Origin: Actinomycetota bacterium
GTDB taxonomy: Bacteria; Actinomycetota; UBA4738; HRBIN12
Assembly: GCA_046734755.1 (NCBI GenBank)
Contig: JBKPRY010000369.1
Coordinates: forward strand, 1,529-65,528
Direction: 5' to 3'
Length of the DNA: 64,000 nt
Positions 19,201 to 27,293 of the stretch are shown here, piece after piece. The first letter of the stretch is position 1. Each line of letters starts with the position of its first letter. Made by a program: the position numbers and the translations under genes. The notes beneath the pieces are model-generated. The model was given only the letters and a program-made list of their open reading frames with translations. It made no database searches and was not told the origin of the DNA.

Positions 19201-19401
19201 GACGTCCTTGAACGTCCGGGACTCGGTGTGGTGGATCGCGGGCTGCCCGTTCGCGGTCGGCGGGCCCTCGTAGAAGACCCAGAGCGGGCCGTCCTTGCGC
19301 AGCTCGAGCTGGCGGTGGAACACGTCGGCCTCGCGCCAAAACGCGAGCACCGCGCGCTCGAGTTCGGGGAAGTTGGCCCTCTGATCGACCGGTTCGAACA
19401 T
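16252..19401 (-). CDS. ileS: Isoleucyl-tRNA synthetase (long, ~1049 aa form)
   Basis: Start re-picked at MFEPVDQRANFPELE (ATG 19401-19399), preceded by GGAGGTGG. HIGH-region PPTANGQPAIHH and KMSKS motif RKMSKSLGN. The upstream 136 codons of the ORF-track entry are the T-box leader, not protein. Confidence 0.96.
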   Translation of the reverse strand: MFEPVDQRANFPELERAVLAFWREADVFHRQLELRKDGPLWVFYEGPPTANGQPAIHHTESRTFKDVYPRFKAMTGHYVPRKAGWDCHGLPVELEVEREIGTKTKRDIEAFGIAEFNRLCRESVQRYVGEFERQTERLGFWIDTDDAYWTMDTEYIESVWWSLKQLHGKGLLVQDDRITTYCPRCGTPLSDAEVAMGYADVEDPSVYILFRILEAADPSLVGASMLGWTTTPWTLISNTGLAVKEDAAYVVVERKGERLVLAEALRDAVLPDAPVVAGSVPGSALIGIRYEPLYPNVEGAHRVVAADFVSLEDGTGVVHLAPAFGAEDLEIGRREGWTTFKPLDGEGRFTDEAPAFVRGTFFKDADEAIIADLRSRGLLLRAEALVHSYPLCWRCDTPLIYIARSSWYVRTTAVKDRLLAVNEEVDWYPEHIKHGRYGDWLENNVDWALSRERYWGTPLPIWRCDQGHDTAIGSLSELSDLARRDVTGIDPHRPAIDEVMIPCPTCGGVSTRVPEVIDTWYDSGAMPYAQWGYHPQLGRGLERFGERFPADFIAEAIDQTRGWFYTLMAEGVLLFDATTYRTVVCLGHIVDRDGRKMSKSLGNTVDAFEVMDRQGADALRWFLLTGGSPWSSRRVSMEMFDDVVRQFLLPLRNVYAFFVTYANASRFDPAEGENVPVAQRALLDRWVLSQLSRTEVVARDGLEAYDATGAGRRIADFVDDLSNWYVRRARRRFWDPSGEGGDDVRAAFLTLHACLVSLSQLLAPFTPFLAEALWRNLAAGRNGAPDSVHLSDYPTADERLVDPRLDDAMAAVRQIVELGRRVRTETKVRVRQPLLEAAVHYAGDHAALEPLLDLVGEELNVKQVLFAESAEQLGRWRAKPNFKVLGPRLGSRVKAVATALERDDGSLAAALAHGDPVRLDLGSEQVELAPADVDLVQETVEGWGVASDGGITVALELELTPELRAEGLAREVVRAVQDARKAAGLEVGDRIVLGLQVEGPAAQALDPHRPWIAGETLAVEIVDGTAPDSAFEQTFEIEGARLVVSLRLA

Positions 19402-19695
19402 CGCCACCTCCGAAAAACACGAAACGCCCCGTCCCCGTTGCAGGGACGAGGCGTGGGCCCCGCGGTACCACCCCGCGTTGCCGGGCTTGCCGGCCCGGCC
19501 GCTCATCGGCTGCATCCACAGCCCACCGCTGTCACGGGCGGACCCGGCCGCGCCTACTGCGGGCGCGTGGCACGCGCCCGGTTCGGGCGGCGGCTCGGGG
19601 ATGATGTTCGGAGGGGCCTCGCCGCCGGGCTCACACCATCCCCGGCTCGCTCGGGCTCGGGATCCCTCGTACTCCTTCCCGTCATCGCCTTCGGG
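19402..19695 (-). promoter_or_regulatory. T-box riboswitch leader (Ile specifier) controlling ileS
   Basis: Minus strand carries the T-box core GGGUGGUACCGCGG (19473-19460). A GA/K-turn-like start GCGAUGAC..GGAGUAC is at 19688-19665. AGCGA and GAUGGUGUGA elements resemble the AG bulge and distal loop. GAACAUCAUCC has AUC (Ile) followed by A at 19605-19602. A terminator lies downstream. Confidence 0.75.
19413..19458 (-). terminator. Intrinsic terminator of the ileS T-box leader
   Basis: Minus strand: CGCCUCGUCCC / loop UGCAACG / GGGACGGGGCG (11 bp, one G.U), followed by UUUCGUGUUUUU. The SD GGAGGUGG and the ATG lie downstream of the hairpin. Confidence 0.65.
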
Positions 19696-19846
19696 AGCGA
19701 TGCTACACGGCCGGATGGGTCTGGTCACCGTTCGCCTGGTTCCGAAGGCGGGCCGGCCTCGGCCAATCCGAGGCGGAGATGCGCCTTCGGGCAACGGAGG
19801 GCCACTCATTGCCGCCCTGAGCCGCCGATGCTAGGTTCCTCCGACC

Positions 19847-20233
19847 ATGGCCGGGAAGATCACCCACAGCAAGAAGGAACTCGACGAACTGCGCCAGCGC
19901 CTCGAGGCCGAACGCGCAGAGCTGCAGGTACAACTGACGACCATCGAGGAGACCTCGTTCGCCACCTCGCAATCCGATATCTCGGGCGAGGTGTCGTTCG
20001 ACGAGGAGAACGCCGACGCCGGCACCTTCACGTTCGAGCGGGAACGGGACCTTTCCATCGAGAACAACGTCCGCGACCTCATGGGCAAGATCGACCGCGC
20101 GCTCGCCCGGATGGTGGACGGCACGTACGGGATCTGCTCGCGCTGCGGCAAGCCCATCGAGAAGGCACGGCTGAATGCCCTGCCGTACGCCGATCTCTGC
20201 ATCAAGGACGCGCAAGCCCAATCCCGGCGGTAG
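19847..20233 (+). CDS. DksA/TraR-family zinc-finger protein
   Basis: N-terminal coiled-coil-like region plus C-terminal CSRCGKPIEKARLNALPYADLCIKD (CxxC-N17-CxxD). The gene sits directly upstream of lspA, as in many Actinobacteria. Confidence 0.8.
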   Translation: MAGKITHSKKELDELRQRLEAERAELQVQLTTIEETSFATSQSDISGEVSFDEENADAGTFTFERERDLSIENNVRDLMGKIDRALARMVDGTYGICSRCGKPIEKARLNALPYADLCIKDAQAQSRR

Positions 20234-20237
20234 GAGA

Positions 20238-20768
20238 GTGAGCGCCGCTCGGCGTTCGGCGATCCTGCTGTACACGGTCGCCGCGGCAGCGCTGCTTCTG
20301 GACCAGCTGACCAAGGCCTGGGTCGAACACGCGCTCTCCGGAAGGCCCCCGATCCGCGTGATCCCCGGCGTCCTTTCGCTCACCTACACCACGAATTCGG
20401 GCGGTGCGTTCGGGTTCGGCGAGAGCGCGCCGTGGTTGTTCGCGGGCGCGACGATCGTGGTCTCCGCGGTGATCGTGGTCGTCTCGACCCGGCCGGTGCG
20501 CCCATGGATCGCCGTGTCGCTCGGCCTGATCCTCGGCGGTGCCCTGGGGAACCTCGCGGACCGGGTCGCGAACGGTTCCGGGTTCAGCGGGCGGGTGACC
20601 GACTTCATCGACCTGCAGGTCTGGCCGATCTTCAACCTCGCCGACACCGCCATCGTGCTCGGGGCGGCGATCCTGGCCGTGGCGAGCTTCGACGGCGCCG
20701 ACGACCACGTCGAGCCGTCGGGGGCGTCGGGGCCGGCGGCCACCGGATCCGGTGGCGCCGAGCCGTGA
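20238..20768 (+). CDS. lspA: Lipoprotein signal peptidase II (start uncertain: GTG 20238 or ATG 20175)
   Basis: DQLTKAWV, NSGGAFG and FNLADTAIVLG motifs, with four hydrophobic helices. Confidence 0.85.
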   Translation: MSAARRSAILLYTVAAAALLLDQLTKAWVEHALSGRPPIRVIPGVLSLTYTTNSGGAFGFGESAPWLFAGATIVVSAVIVVVSTRPVRPWIAVSLGLILGGALGNLADRVANGSGFSGRVTDFIDLQVWPIFNLADTAIVLGAAILAVASFDGADDHVEPSGASGPAATGSGGAEP

Positions 20769-21661
20769 GTGAGGCGTTCGAGGCCGAGGCCGGCCGCCTG
20801 GATTCGGTGGTGTCGGCTCGACTCGGCGTGCCTCGGGCGGAGGTCCAGCGCGCGATCGCCGCCGGTGCCGTGCTCGTCGACGGGTCTCCGCGGGAGAAGT
20901 CGCACCGGCTCTCGGGTGGCGAACGGGTCGAGGTGGATCTCGCGCCGTCGGCGGAGCTCCCCGTCGAGGGGCCGCCGCTCGAACTCGTATGGCGGGACGA
21001 GTACCTGCTCGTCGTCCGCAAGCCCGCCGGGGTGCCGACCCACCCGACCGAGAACCGCCGCGGCGGAACCATGGTCAATCGGCTCCTGGGCATGGGGATC
21101 CCACTGGCGCCGCGCGGCGGGCCCCTGCGTCCGGGGATCGTCCATCGGCTCGATGCGGGGACCAGCGGCCTGCTGGTGGTGGCGAGCGACGACGAGACGT
21201 TCGAGCGTCTCAGTGTGACGTTCAAGCGGCACGAGGCCGTCCGCGCCTACCTCGCGCTCGTGCGTGGTTCGATCCCCCACGAACGATTCGAGGTGGACGC
21301 GCCGCTCGGCCGGTCGGGGGCGAGGATCCGCGTGGACGCCACCGCCGGCCGCGCGGCCTCCACGGCCTTCGAGGTGCGCGAGCGGTTCGACCGGGCGACG
21401 CTGGTCGAGGCCGAGCCCCGGACGGGGCGGACGCACCAGATCCGGGTCCACCTCTCCTCGATCGGGCACCCGATCCTCGGAGACCGGCGCTACGGCGGGG
21501 GAGGGGACGACGCGCGCGAGCTCGGGCTTGAGCGTCCGTTCCTGCACGCATGGCGGATCGCATTCGACCACCCGATCACGGGCGAGCGCATCCACCTGGA
21601 GGACCCGCTGCCACTCGATCTCCGGCGCGCGCTCGAGCGGGCGAGGCGCGGCCCGGCCTGA
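20765..21661 (+). CDS. rluD: RluA-family 23S rRNA pseudouridine synthase (RluD-like)
   Basis: GTG 20765 (GTGA overlap with lspA). S4-like N-terminus (RLDSVVSARLGVPRAEVQRAIAAG), catalytic HRLDAGTSGLLVVA, and GRTHQIRVH. Confidence 0.9.
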   Translation: MSEAFEAEAGRLDSVVSARLGVPRAEVQRAIAAGAVLVDGSPREKSHRLSGGERVEVDLAPSAELPVEGPPLELVWRDEYLLVVRKPAGVPTHPTENRRGGTMVNRLLGMGIPLAPRGGPLRPGIVHRLDAGTSGLLVVASDDETFERLSVTFKRHEAVRAYLALVRGSIPHERFEVDAPLGRSGARIRVDATAGRAASTAFEVRERFDRATLVEAEPRTGRTHQIRVHLSSIGHPILGDRRYGGGGDDARELGLERPFLHAWRIAFDHPITGERIHLEDPLPLDLRRALERARRGPA

Positions 21662-22789
21662 TCAGCGTCGGGCGCGCTCGGCCTCGCGAAGATAGAGCGC
21701 GTGCTGCGTCCGGACCTCCTCGCGCGATGCGAGCAGGGCGTCCTCGACGCCGGGGGAGAGTGACCGCGACTCGATCAGCGCGTTGAGCTTCGTCGGGTCG
21801 ACCGAGAGCACGTGTTCCCACAGGCCGAGCGGCTCGAGGATCTCGCGCACCTCCTCCTCGACCGGGGCCGTCACGTGCTGCGCGCGGCGGTCGATCGCCG
21901 CGCCGTCGGAGCCGAACAGGCGCCGGTATCCGTGCTCGTCAGCGAATGCGTTGATCAGCGGTACCAGCTCATCGAACCGCCGGTACGCCGCGCGGGTCTC
22001 GCGCTTCAGCCTGATCCATTCGTCCACCATCTCGGTCACGCGCGGGGTCGGGTCGCCCTGCTCCTTCTCGTATCGGTGGCGGAACAACGGGCACAGGGCC
22101 TGGTACTCGCACCAGTCGCAGAGCGGGTTCTGCCGCGCCTCGAACTTCCCGGCCTCGATCCGCTCGGCGACCACCGCGATCCGCCGGCGGAGCTCGTCGA
22201 CGTCGGCGGGCGTTCGGACCGTCGTCATCCGTTGGCCGGGGAGCAGGTAGTACAGCGTGAGGCGCTCGGGCTCGATGCCCCAGATCTGCCGCGCGGCCAT
22301 GTGGTAGATCGAGAGTTGAAGATCCTGATCGATCCGCGACTGCGGCGGCAGTCGCCGGTTGGTCTTGTAGTCGACGATCTCGTACCCGCCGCCGGGGATC
22401 CGGTCCATCCGGTCGATCACGCCGGACAGCGCGACGCCTTCGACCTCGATCGTGAAACGGAACTCGAGCGCGGCGGGGATCCGGTACGCGTCGGCGTTCT
22501 CGCGGTGGTACAGCGACAGGACCTGCCGACCGTGGTCGCGGTAGGTCTGCTCCTCCGACGCGTCGCCGAATCCCTCGGAGACCCAGGACGCCTCGAGCAT
22601 GTCGTGGAGCTCGCCGATCGAGGGCGGGACCGGCACCGGCCGGTTGTGGAACAGGTACAGGGCTCGGTGGAGCGAGTCGCCGAACGAGAGCGCCGCGGAA
22701 CGCGCCTGCGGCACGCGGTCCTCGTACTGGAACTTGAACTTGGCGGGGCAGGTTTCATAGGTGTTGATGCTCGAATACGAGAGCCGCAT
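21662..22789 (-). CDS. Cas4/AddB-like PD-(D/E)XK nuclease with a 4-Cys cluster (stand-alone RecB-family exonuclease)
   Basis: Start re-picked at MRLSYSSINTYETCP (ATG 22789-22787, SD GGAGGG). Nuclease core GVIDRMDR...YEIVDYKT and a QLSIYHMAA motif. Cys pattern C(14)...CDWCEYQALC (C-x2-C-x5-C). Confidence 0.75.
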   Translation of the reverse strand: MRLSYSSINTYETCPAKFKFQYEDRVPQARSAALSFGDSLHRALYLFHNRPVPVPPSIGELHDMLEASWVSEGFGDASEEQTYRDHGRQVLSLYHRENADAYRIPAALEFRFTIEVEGVALSGVIDRMDRIPGGGYEIVDYKTNRRLPPQSRIDQDLQLSIYHMAARQIWGIEPERLTLYYLLPGQRMTTVRTPADVDELRRRIAVVAERIEAGKFEARQNPLCDWCEYQALCPLFRHRYEKEQGDPTPRVTEMVDEWIRLKRETRAAYRRFDELVPLINAFADEHGYRRLFGSDGAAIDRRAQHVTAPVEEEVREILEPLGLWEHVLSVDPTKLNALIESRSLSPGVEDALLASREEVRTQHALYLREAERARR

Positions 22790-22906
22790 CTGCCCTCCGA
22801 GGCCTGTTACGTAGCGCCCGAGTCTACGACCACGGAACCGGCAATTACAAGCGTGTAGTTCTCCACACGAGATCCCCACCCAAGCGGCCCTGGGAAACGA
22901 TGTGGA

Positions 22907-25900
22907 TTGCCGTGGGATAAGTTACATGGTTGTAAGCCGCCGCCCGATCCGTTCTATACTCGGCGGGCTTTGGCCGGTCGGGACTCCTTCGTTCACCTCC
23001 ACGTGCACTCCGAGTTCTCCCTGCTGGACGGTGCCGCCCGGATCAAGGCGCTGTTCGAGCGGGCCGTCGAGTTCCGGATGCCGGCGCTGGCGCTCACCGA
23101 CCACGGAGCGATGTTCGGGGCCTTGCAGTTCTACGAGGCGGGGGTGGCGGCAGGGGTCAAGCCGATCCTCGGCGTGGAGACCTACGTGGCACCGAGCTCC
23201 CGGTTCGAGCGGGCGCCGGGTGAGAGCGAAGAGAAATATCGCCACCTCACGATCCTTGCCCGCAACGAGATCGGGTACCGCAACCTCCTCAAGCTGGTCA
23301 CGGACGCGCATCTCGAGGGCTTCTACCACCGGCCCCGCGTGGACAAGGAGCTCCTGGCCGAGCATGGCGAGGGACTCATCGGGCTCTCGGGGTGCCTCGC
23401 GTCCGAGGTCTCGCAGCTCCTCCTCGGGGGTCAGCCCGCCAAGGCGGACGAGGTGGCCGCGACGTACGCCGACATCTTCGGGGCCGGGAACTTCTTCATC
23501 GAGCTGCAGGATCACGGCCTCTCCGAGCAGCGGGAGATCCTCCCCAAACTGGTCGAGCTCGCGAGCCGCACCGGCCTGCCGCTCGTGGCCACGAACGACC
23601 TGCACTACACGCAGCGCGAGGACGCGAAGCCCCACGACGTCCTGCTCTGTATCCAGCAGCAGAAGCTGCAGTCGGACACGAACCGGCTGCGCTTCGACTC
23701 CGCCGAGTTCTACCTGAAGACCGCCGAGGAGATGCGCGAGGTCTTCCGCGAGCTGCCCGCGGCCTGCGACGCGACGCTGCAGATCGCCGAGATGTGCGAG
23801 CTGAAGCTCGTCTACGGGGGCTCGGCGCCGCCCGAGGAACGCTTCCACGTCCCGCGGTTCGAGCCACCGGAGGGCAAGGACCGCGATGCCTACCTGCACG
23901 AGCTCGTGATGCAGGGCGCGCGGGAGCGGTACGGGACGCTGACACCTCCCATCCTCGAACGCATCGAGCAGGAGCTCGGCGTGATCACGTCGATGGGCTT
24001 CTCCGGCTACTTCCTGATCGTGTGGGACCTGATCCGGTTCGCGCGCGAGAACGGCATCCGCGTCGGACCCGGACGTGGCTCGGCGGCCGGCTCGGTGGTC
24101 TCGTACTCGCTGCGGATCACCGATCTCGATCCGCTGCGGTACGACCTGATCTTCGAGCGATTCCTGAACCCCGGGCGGATCCAGATGCCCGACATCGACA
24201 TGGACTTCGACGAGCGCCGGCGCGACGAGGTGATCCGGTACGTGGCCTCGAAGTACGGATCCGATCGTGTGGCGCAGATCATCACGTTCCAGACGATCAA
24301 GGGGAAGCAGGGGATCCGCGACGCCGCGCGCGTCCTCGGGTTCCCCGCGAGCGTCGGCGACCGCCTCTGCAAGATGTACCCGGCGGCGATCATGGGGCGC
24401 GACGAGCCGATCGAGAAGGCGCTCCGGCTCTCGCACGAGCTCCGTGACGCCTACGAGCGGGAGCCCGAGGCCCGCGAGATCGTTGACACGGCGCGGGCGC
24501 TCGAGGGCCTTCGGCGCGAGGACTCCGTCCACGCGGCCGGGGTGGTGATCGGCGATGCACCGCTCGTGGCCTACCTGCCGCTCAAGCTCTCCAAAGATTC
24601 CCGCGACGACTCCCGCCGGATCGTCACGCAGTTCGACATGCACGGCGTGGAGGAGCTCGGCTTGCTCAAGATGGATTTCCTCGGTCTGCGGACGCTGTCG
24701 GTGATCGAGGACACCCTCTCGCACCTGCGGCGCAGGGACGTCGAGCTCGACATCGACCACGTGCCGCTCGACGACGCCGACACCTACGCGATGCTGTGCC
24801 GGGCGGACACGACCGGCGTCTTCCAGCTCGAGGGCGGCGGGATGCGCTCGCTGATCAAACAACTCGCCCCCGACCGGTTCGAGGACCTGATGGCGCTGGT
24901 GGCGCTGTACCGGCCGGGGCCGCTCAGCGCGGGGATGCACGTCGAGTACGCCGAACGCAAGCACGGGCGCCGCCCGGTGTCGTACCCGCACACGGATCTC
25001 GCGGAGATTCTCGCTCCGACGTACGGGATCATGGTGTACCAGGAGCAGGTGATGCAGATCGCGGTGCGGATGGCGGGGTACTCGATGCCCGAGGCCGACA
25101 TGCTCCGGCAGGCGATGGGCAAGAAGATCCGCGCCAAGCTGATGGTCCACCGCGAGAAGTTCATCCAGGGCTGCGTCGACAACGGCTATCCGGACCGGCT
25201 CGGCACGGACCTGTTCGACCTGATGGAGCCGTTCGCCGACTACGGGTTCAACGCCTCGCACGCGTGCGCGTACGGGTACATCGCGTACCAGACGGCGTAC
25301 CTCAAGGCGCATTACCCCGTCGAGTACATGGCGGCGATTCTGACGAGCGTCCGCGACGACAAGGACCGCAAGCCCTTCTACCTGAACGCGTGCCGCCTCA
25401 TGGGCCTCGAGGTCCTGCCTCCGGACGTGAACGAATCGGAACAGGACTTCGCGCCGGTGACGAGTGGCGAGCCCAGGATCCGATACGGGCTCTCCGCCGT
25501 TCGCAACGTGGGTTCGGGCGCGGTGCAGCAGATCATCGAGGCTCGTCGCGCGAAGGGTTCGTTCACCGGCTACGCGGACTACTGCCGCAAGGTGGATCCC
25601 TCGGTCCTGACGAAGAAGGTGCTCGAGAGCCTGATCTACGCGGGTGCGTTCGACTCGTTCGGGTACCGGCGCCGCGGGCTCGTCGAGAACCAGGACAAGA
25701 TCTCGACCCCGATCTCGGCCGAGCGCAAGGCCGAGGCCGCGGGACAGTTCTCGCTGTTCGGGGGTGGCGAGCAGGCGGCGAACGAGATCGACGAGGGTGT
25801 GATCACGTCCGACGAGTACGACCGGCGGACCCTCCTCCGTTTGGAGAAGGAGGTGCTCGGCCAGTTCGTGACCGACCACCCACTCCTGGGCGTGAAGGAG

Positions 25901-26527
25901 CGGCTGGCCGCGCTCGCCGACATGGAAATCGCCGAGACCGAGGGCCTGGGCGACGGCGATCTCGTCACGGTCGCGGGGATCGTCGCCTCGGTCTCGCGCC
26001 GCTACACGAAGAAGGGGGAGCCCTACGCGCAGTTCCGCCTCGAGGACCTGGCCGGCGGCGTCACGGTGGTCGTGTTCCCCGGCCAGTACGAGAGCCTGCA
26101 GCACCTGCTCGAGCACGACTCGATCCTGCTGGTGAAGGGTCGCGCCGACCGCCGGGGTCGCGGCGAGGAGCTGCAGCTTCGCGCCGTCGAGGTCTCCGAA
26201 CCCGATCTGGGTGACGGCGGGCGGCCGGCCCCTCCGAGCGGCCGCCTCGTGATCGACCTTACCGCGCAGAGCTGCACCGGCACGGTGATCGCGACGCTCA
26301 AGGAGCTGCTCGCGGCGCACAAGGGCTCGTCGCCGGTCCAGGTGCGCTTCCATTCCTCTGCGGGCGTGCGCCCGTTCGACGTCGGCACGTTCCGCGTGGA
26401 ACCCGGCGCCGGGCTGCTCTCCGAGCTGCGGGTCCTGCTCGGCACCGAGGCCGTTCGTCTGGCGTCGCTCGAAGCGGACGACGTGGTCGCCCTGCCGACG
26501 TCCAGCGTCCCCGCGCCCATCGGGTAG
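22907..26527 (+). CDS. dnaE: DNA polymerase III alpha subunit (start uncertain: TTG 22907 or TTG 22970)
   Basis: PHP domain FVHLHVHSEFSLLDGA and polymerase core (PDIDMDF, GLLKMDFLGLRTL). Length is ~1185-1206 aa. Confidence 0.95.
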   Translation: MPWDKLHGCKPPPDPFYTRRALAGRDSFVHLHVHSEFSLLDGAARIKALFERAVEFRMPALALTDHGAMFGALQFYEAGVAAGVKPILGVETYVAPSSRFERAPGESEEKYRHLTILARNEIGYRNLLKLVTDAHLEGFYHRPRVDKELLAEHGEGLIGLSGCLASEVSQLLLGGQPAKADEVAATYADIFGAGNFFIELQDHGLSEQREILPKLVELASRTGLPLVATNDLHYTQREDAKPHDVLLCIQQQKLQSDTNRLRFDSAEFYLKTAEEMREVFRELPAACDATLQIAEMCELKLVYGGSAPPEERFHVPRFEPPEGKDRDAYLHELVMQGARERYGTLTPPILERIEQELGVITSMGFSGYFLIVWDLIRFARENGIRVGPGRGSAAGSVVSYSLRITDLDPLRYDLIFERFLNPGRIQMPDIDMDFDERRRDEVIRYVASKYGSDRVAQIITFQTIKGKQGIRDAARVLGFPASVGDRLCKMYPAAIMGRDEPIEKALRLSHELRDAYEREPEAREIVDTARALEGLRREDSVHAAGVVIGDAPLVAYLPLKLSKDSRDDSRRIVTQFDMHGVEELGLLKMDFLGLRTLSVIEDTLSHLRRRDVELDIDHVPLDDADTYAMLCRADTTGVFQLEGGGMRSLIKQLAPDRFEDLMALVALYRPGPLSAGMHVEYAERKHGRRPVSYPHTDLAEILAPTYGIMVYQEQVMQIAVRMAGYSMPEADMLRQAMGKKIRAKLMVHREKFIQGCVDNGYPDRLGTDLFDLMEPFADYGFNASHACAYGYIAYQTAYLKAHYPVEYMAAILTSVRDDKDRKPFYLNACRLMGLEVLPPDVNESEQDFAPVTSGEPRIRYGLSAVRNVGSGAVQQIIEARRAKGSFTGYADYCRKVDPSVLTKKVLESLIYAGAFDSFGYRRRGLVENQDKISTPISAERKAEAAGQFSLFGGGEQAANEIDEGVITSDEYDRRTLLRLEKEVLGQFVTDHPLLGVKERLAALADMEIAETEGLGDGDLVTVAGIVASVSRRYTKKGEPYAQFRLEDLAGGVTVVVFPGQYESLQHLLEHDSILLVKGRADRRGRGEELQLRAVEVSEPDLGDGGRPAPPSGRLVIDLTAQSCTGTVIATLKELLAAHKGSSPVQVRFHSSAGVRPFDVGTFRVEPGAGLLSELRVLLGTEAVRLASLEADDVVALPTSSVPAPIG
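22930..22960 (+). promoter_or_regulatory. Candidate dnaE promoter (TTGTAA-N19-TATACT)
   Basis: TATACT at 22955-22960 is a near-consensus -10 box in a 70% GC background. TTGTAA at 22930-22935. An in-frame TTG at 22970 lies 9 nt downstream. Confidence 0.35.
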
Positions 26528-26538
26528 CGTTCGGACCC

Positions 26539-27252
26539 ATGGCCCTCGAGGTCATCCCGGCGCTCGACGTCGCCGGCGGCGGACTCGTCCACGTCATGGG
26601 GTCGGCCGAGGTCGCCGCGGTGGGGTTCGGGGGCGACCCATTGGCGGCCGCGGAGGCGTTCGTGGGTGCCGGTGCCGCGCGTCTGCATGTCGTCGACGTC
26701 GATCTCGCACGCTCGGGCGAGGTCGGGAACGCCGACGTCCTCGCCGCCGTGTGCCGGCTCGGGGTGCCTGTGCAGGCGAGCGGGGGCGTCCGTACGGGGG
26801 AGCAGGTCGACGCGCTGCTCAACCGGGGGGCCGACCGGGTCGTGCTCGGCTCGGCCGCGTTGCACGATCGCCGCGGGGCGGAGGGGCTCGTCCGGCGGTT
26901 CGACGATCGGCTCGTCGTGGGGATCGAGGCGGACGGCGACAGCGTGCGGGCGCGGGGCACCGAGCTCGAGCTGCCCTTGGTGGACCTCCTCGTCTGGCTG
27001 GCAGGTCTCGAGGTCCGCCGGTACCTGTTCACCCAAGTGCGGCGCGCCGGCGGGCTCCAGGGTCCGGGTCTCGATGCGATCGAGGCGTTCGCGGAGCACT
27101 CGCCCGTGCCGGTCGTCGTGGCGGGCGGGATCCGGGGCGTCGAGGACCTGCGAGCGATCGCCGCGCTCGACGGCCGGATCGAGGGGGCGGTGATCGGCCG
27201 GGCGCTGTACGAGGGGCTCGACCTGCGCTCCCTGATCGCCGCCGTCGCCTGA
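26539..27252 (+). CDS. HisA/PriA-family (beta-alpha)8 phosphoribosyl isomerase homologue with divergent active-site motifs
   Basis: IPALDV, SGGVR, VVLGSAAL, AGGIRGVEDLRAI and AVIGRALYEG all align with HisA/PriA. The beta5 GxD reads GIE, and the beta6 TD(I/V)xxDG reads TQVRRAGG. It sits directly upstream of trpC. Confidence 0.8.
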   Translation: MALEVIPALDVAGGGLVHVMGSAEVAAVGFGGDPLAAAEAFVGAGAARLHVVDVDLARSGEVGNADVLAAVCRLGVPVQASGGVRTGEQVDALLNRGADRVVLGSAALHDRRGAEGLVRRFDDRLVVGIEADGDSVRARGTELELPLVDLLVWLAGLEVRRYLFTQVRRAGGLQGPGLDAIEAFAEHSPVPVVVAGGIRGVEDLRAIAALDGRIEGAVIGRALYEGLDLRSLIAAVA

Positions 27253-27293
27253 CTCGCGGGCGGCGCCGTTCGCGTGCGTAGACTTGCGCCTCC

